DNA of 32,000 nucleotides, from assembly GCF_900095195.1 (NCBI RefSeq), contig NZ_LT606950.1, positions 60,001-92,000 of the forward strand. The letters run 5' to 3'. The notes under the pieces are model-generated. The model had not been told where the DNA came from. It ran no database searches and saw nothing but the letters and a program-made list of their open reading frames with translations. This stretch comes from Polynucleobacter necessarius (GTDB lineage Bacteria; Pseudomonadota; Gammaproteobacteria; Burkholderiales; Burkholderiaceae). Position numbers and translations under genes: made by a program. This document shows positions 28,875 to 32,000 of the stretch, piece by piece. Position 1 is the first letter of the stretch. Every line of letters starts with the position of its first letter.

Positions 28875-30643
28875 GGCCGGTAGGATTTTCAACTACCCCG
28901 AATTTAGTATTGCGACTGCCAATGTGGCGGTCCCGCTTGATGTTGTTCCTCTTATTTTTTGTGTTCATGCTGCTATTGCTGCGCGCCTTTTGGATTCAGG
29001 GTCCAGGTAATGCGTTTTATGAAGCAAAAGGAGTTCGTGGCACACAGCGCGAATTGGAGTTGCCTGCAAGCCGAGGAAAAATCTTGGACCGCAATGGTCA
29101 GGTGATTGCTACAAGTCTTGAGGCGAAGTCGATTATTGCCTACACCGATACGGTGCCTGACGATCTGGCTGCTGATAAGGTGCAGAAGCTCGCTAATCTA
29201 TTGCAAATTAGTGAGGCAGAGTTGCGCAAGAAACTGAAGGATGAGCGCAAGCAGATTTTCTTGAAACGCCAAGTGGATCCTGAAATTGCGCAGCAGATAA
29301 AGCAACTCGAAATTCCTGGTATTGGATTAAATAATGAATACCGCCGCTTTTACCCAGAGGGCGAAGCTATGGCGCACGTCGTTGGATTCACCAATGTTAA
29401 CGACAAGGGTCAAGAGGGCATGGAGCTCTCTCGTGAAAAAGATCTTGCTGCGCACCCTGGTCAAAGACGTGTCGTGATCGATCGTCTGGGCCGTGTTGTG
29501 GAAGATGTGGCAATTGAGCAATTGCCACAAAATGGTAAAGATTTACAGCTCTCCATTGATAGCAAGATTCAATTTTTAGCCTACAACGCATTAAAGAGCG
29601 CAGTTGAACAGCATCGTGCAAAAGCTGGTGGTGCGGTGGTATTAGATGTTCAGACTGGGGAAATTTTGGCTCTAGCGAATTATCCAAGCTACAACCCAAA
29701 TGATCGTAAACACTTGACGGGCGAGCAGTTGCGTAATCGTGTTTTGACCGACACTTTTGAGCCTGGTTCTACGATGAAGCCGCTGACGGTTGCGATTGCT
29801 CTCGAAAAAGGTGCAGTGACACCAAATCAAAATATGGTGATTGGCTCGAGTTATCTTGTGGGTCCCAAGCCGATTACGGATACCCATCCGTATGGGAGCT
29901 TAACAGTAGCGCAAGTTATCCAAAAGTCGAGCAATATTGGTACAGCAAAAATTGCTATGAACAATCTCTCACCAGAAGAGATGTGGGATTTTTATACAGC
30001 CGTTGGTTTGGGGCAGTCACCCAAGATTGGATTTCCAGGAGCGGTTGCTGGAACCGTACATCCATTTAAAAAATGGATGCCAACCGATCAAGCGCGAATT
30101 GCATTTGGTTATGGCATTTCTGCTTCACTGTTTCAGGTCGCTCGCGCCTATACCGTATTCGCACGTGACGGTGAATTAGTGCCGCTCACCATTGAGCGCA
30201 GTCCGGATGTTAAGCCTGGAACGCGAGTGCTCTCTGCCAAAACTGCTATTGAGATGCGTGAGATGTTAGAGACGGTAACGGAGCCGGGCGGCACCGCTGT
30301 TAAGGCGCAGGCAGAGGGGTATCGTGTTGGCGGCAAAACCGGAACAGCTCATAAATTGGTTGGTAAAGGTTATGGCAATAAATACCGCGCCTATTTTGCT
30401 GGCTTAGCTCCAATCAGCTCTCCAAGAATTGTGGTAGCGGTAATGGTTGATGAGCCTACGGGTGGTAGTCACTATGGCGGCGATGGCGCTGCACCTGTCT
30501 TTTCAACTATTGTTGGTGAAACATTGAGAGCGCTGAATGTGCTGCCTGACAGCAAGGTGAAGCAAATGGCTCTGGATGAAAAGAAGCCAGCAGACACTCG
30601 TGCTGCAAATATTCAAACGCAACATGTGGCATTGAAAAGATGA
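28871..30643 (+). CDS. ftsI: Peptidoglycan D,D-transpeptidase FtsI (PBP3)
   Basis: 590 aa with an N-terminal TM anchor and the transpeptidase motifs STMKP (SxxK), SSN and KTGT. Confidence 0.95.
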   Translation: MRPVGFSTTPNLVLRLPMWRSRLMLFLLFFVFMLLLLRAFWIQGPGNAFYEAKGVRGTQRELELPASRGKILDRNGQVIATSLEAKSIIAYTDTVPDDLAADKVQKLANLLQISEAELRKKLKDERKQIFLKRQVDPEIAQQIKQLEIPGIGLNNEYRRFYPEGEAMAHVVGFTNVNDKGQEGMELSREKDLAAHPGQRRVVIDRLGRVVEDVAIEQLPQNGKDLQLSIDSKIQFLAYNALKSAVEQHRAKAGGAVVLDVQTGEILALANYPSYNPNDRKHLTGEQLRNRVLTDTFEPGSTMKPLTVAIALEKGAVTPNQNMVIGSSYLVGPKPITDTHPYGSLTVAQVIQKSSNIGTAKIAMNNLSPEEMWDFYTAVGLGQSPKIGFPGAVAGTVHPFKKWMPTDQARIAFGYGISASLFQVARAYTVFARDGELVPLTIERSPDVKPGTRVLSAKTAIEMREMLETVTEPGGTAVKAQAEGYRVGGKTGTAHKLVGKGYGNKYRAYFAGLAPISSPRIVVAVMVDEPTGGSHYGGDGAAPVFSTIVGETLRALNVLPDSKVKQMALDEKKPADTRAANIQTQHVALKR

Positions 30644-32000
30644 GGGTGGCATTGAAAATAGATCCCAGTCATCTGATTGAGCATCTCAATTCTCTAGTGG
30701 ATGCATCGGCAAAGGTAAGTGCCGATAGTCGCCAAATTCGAGCTGGAGATATCTTTTTTGCATATCCGGTAGGACATGGCAAGGCGTTGCGCGATGGCCG
30801 TCAGTTTATTGATGCCACATTGGCGAACGGCGCTGCAGCAGTAGTGTTCGATCCACTGGGTTTCGAACACTATTTAAATTACTCTCAATGTTTTGCTGTT
30901 GAAAATCTTGCGGATAACGTAGGCAGGCTCTGTGCTGATTGGTACGATGAGCCAAGCAAGCAATTAAAAATGATTGGCGTTACCGGAACAAACGGTAAAA
31001 CCAGTATTACTCAATGGCTGGCTAAAACGTTAAACCAGCCAAACCATCGTGTAGCGGTTTTAGGTACTTTGGGAACCGGCTTTCCCGGGTCATTAGAAAA
31101 AACTGGATACACCACTCCAGATGCACCAAAACTCCAAACTCAGTTAAAGGATCTGTTAGTTGCTGGTGCGAAACAGGTGGTGATGGAAGTTTCTTCTCAT
31201 GCACTACATCAAGGGCGAATTGGTGGCACTTGGTTTAATTGCGCCATATTTACAAACTTGACGCAAGATCACCTCGATTACCACGAGAGCATGGCAAATT
31301 ATGCTGAGGCTAAGGCAAAGCTATTTAATCAAACTGGCCTAGAGCATGCTGTAGTGAATTTGGATGATTCTTTTGGTCGCAAATTAGCCATGAGTCTGTT
31401 GGCTCGAAAAGATTTGCAGGTATGGGCATACGCCCTAAACAAAGACACATTTAACGATTTTGAAAAATTTGGTAATCGCCTGCAGCGCATCTATGCAAGT
31501 AATAGTGTCTTCAATGGCACGGGGTACAACACACTATTTACACAAGAGGGCTTTGATTCTGAGACTTTGCATGTCCCGCTGTTGGGCGAATTTAACCTCA
31601 GTAACGCATTGGCAGTTTGGACGGTCTTGTTGACTCAAGGAATTTCTGGAAATGAGGCTGGCAAGCGAGTAAGCCAATTGCAGCCCGTTGTTGGTCGAAT
31701 GGAATTGGTTGCTTTTGGAAAAAATCCGAAAGCGGATAGTCCGTTAGCAATTGTTGACTATGCCCATACTCCGGATGCACTTGAAAAAACATTAGAGTCT
31801 TTACGCCCTATTGCAGACCAACGTGGTGGAAAGTTGTGGTGCGTATTTGGCTGCGGAGGGGATCGCGATACTGGTAAGCGTGCGCAAATGGGCGCGGTTG
31901 CTGCAAGTTTGGCGGATCAAGTAATTGTTACCAGCGATAACCCCCGCTCAGAGGATCCACAAGCCATTGCAGCCATGATTCTCCAGGGTGTAGGTTCAAA
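30640..32000 (+). CDS. murE: UDP-N-acetylmuramoyl-L-alanyl-D-glutamate--2,6-diaminopimelate ligase, 5' part (runs off the window)
   Basis: This ORF is not in the supplied track because it has no stop inside the window. I translated frame 1 from the ATG at 30640 (ATGA overlap with the ftsI stop) to 32000 and found no stop codon. Motifs present are GVTGTNGKTS, EVSSHAL, DYAHTPDAL, GCGGDRD and TSDNPRSEDP. Confidence 0.9.
   Translation, partial: MRVALKIDPSHLIEHLNSLVDASAKVSADSRQIRAGDIFFAYPVGHGKALRDGRQFIDATLANGAAAVVFDPLGFEHYLNYSQCFAVENLADNVGRLCADWYDEPSKQLKMIGVTGTNGKTSITQWLAKTLNQPNHRVAVLGTLGTGFPGSLEKTGYTTPDAPKLQTQLKDLLVAGAKQVVMEVSSHALHQGRIGGTWFNCAIFTNLTQDHLDYHESMANYAEAKAKLFNQTGLEHAVVNLDDSFGRKLAMSLLARKDLQVWAYALNKDTFNDFEKFGNRLQRIYASNSVFNGTGYNTLFTQEGFDSETLHVPLLGEFNLSNALAVWTVLLTQGISGNEAGKRVSQLQPVVGRMELVAFGKNPKADSPLAIVDYAHTPDALEKTLESLRPIADQRGGKLWCVFGCGGDRDTGKRAQMGAVAASLADQVIVTSDNPRSEDPQAIAAMILQGVGS

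Noticed and set aside
1-32000. A search for CRISPR repeats, IS elements or inverted terminal repeats, integrases, phage genes, toxin-antitoxin or other defence-like operons, and rRNA genes
   Set aside because: I found none. Every sizeable ORF or ORF cluster is accounted for by a housekeeping gene or by a decayed version of an ordinary metabolic gene.

Overview
This window looks like a core chromosomal segment of an AT-leaning betaproteobacterium. The Burkholderiales-type gene order (hemA-prfA-prmC-grxD, trpEGDC next to rpe-apaG-mltA, coq7 followed by the dcw cluster mraZ-rsmH-ftsL-ftsI-murE) supports that placement. I found no mobile elements, CRISPR arrays, phage or integrase genes, toxin or defence-like genes, or long repeats, and I cannot support a claim of a new biological system. 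The striking feature is gene decay. By my reading, 10 of 33 protein-coding loci are pseudogenes carrying at least 17 separate lesions (frameshifts, in-frame stops and one multi-codon deletion). They sit between apparently intact housekeeping operons for translation termination, heme, tryptophan, ubiquinone and cell division. All four biotin genes present (bioA, bioF, bioD, bioB) are independently broken. mraZ is frameshifted, although its promoter and MraZ-box repeats are intact. An MHS-type transporter, an M61 peptidase, an enoyl-CoA hydratase, an M20 amidohydrolase and a small membrane protein are also dead. This pattern fits recent, ongoing genome erosion in a host-restricted bacterium and resembles what has been published for the Polynucleobacter symbiont of Euplotes. 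That identity is only an inference and needs a database search. Pseudogene calls rest on my own translation of both strands and on remembered family motifs, with no alignments run. Lesion positions are approximate to within a few bases.
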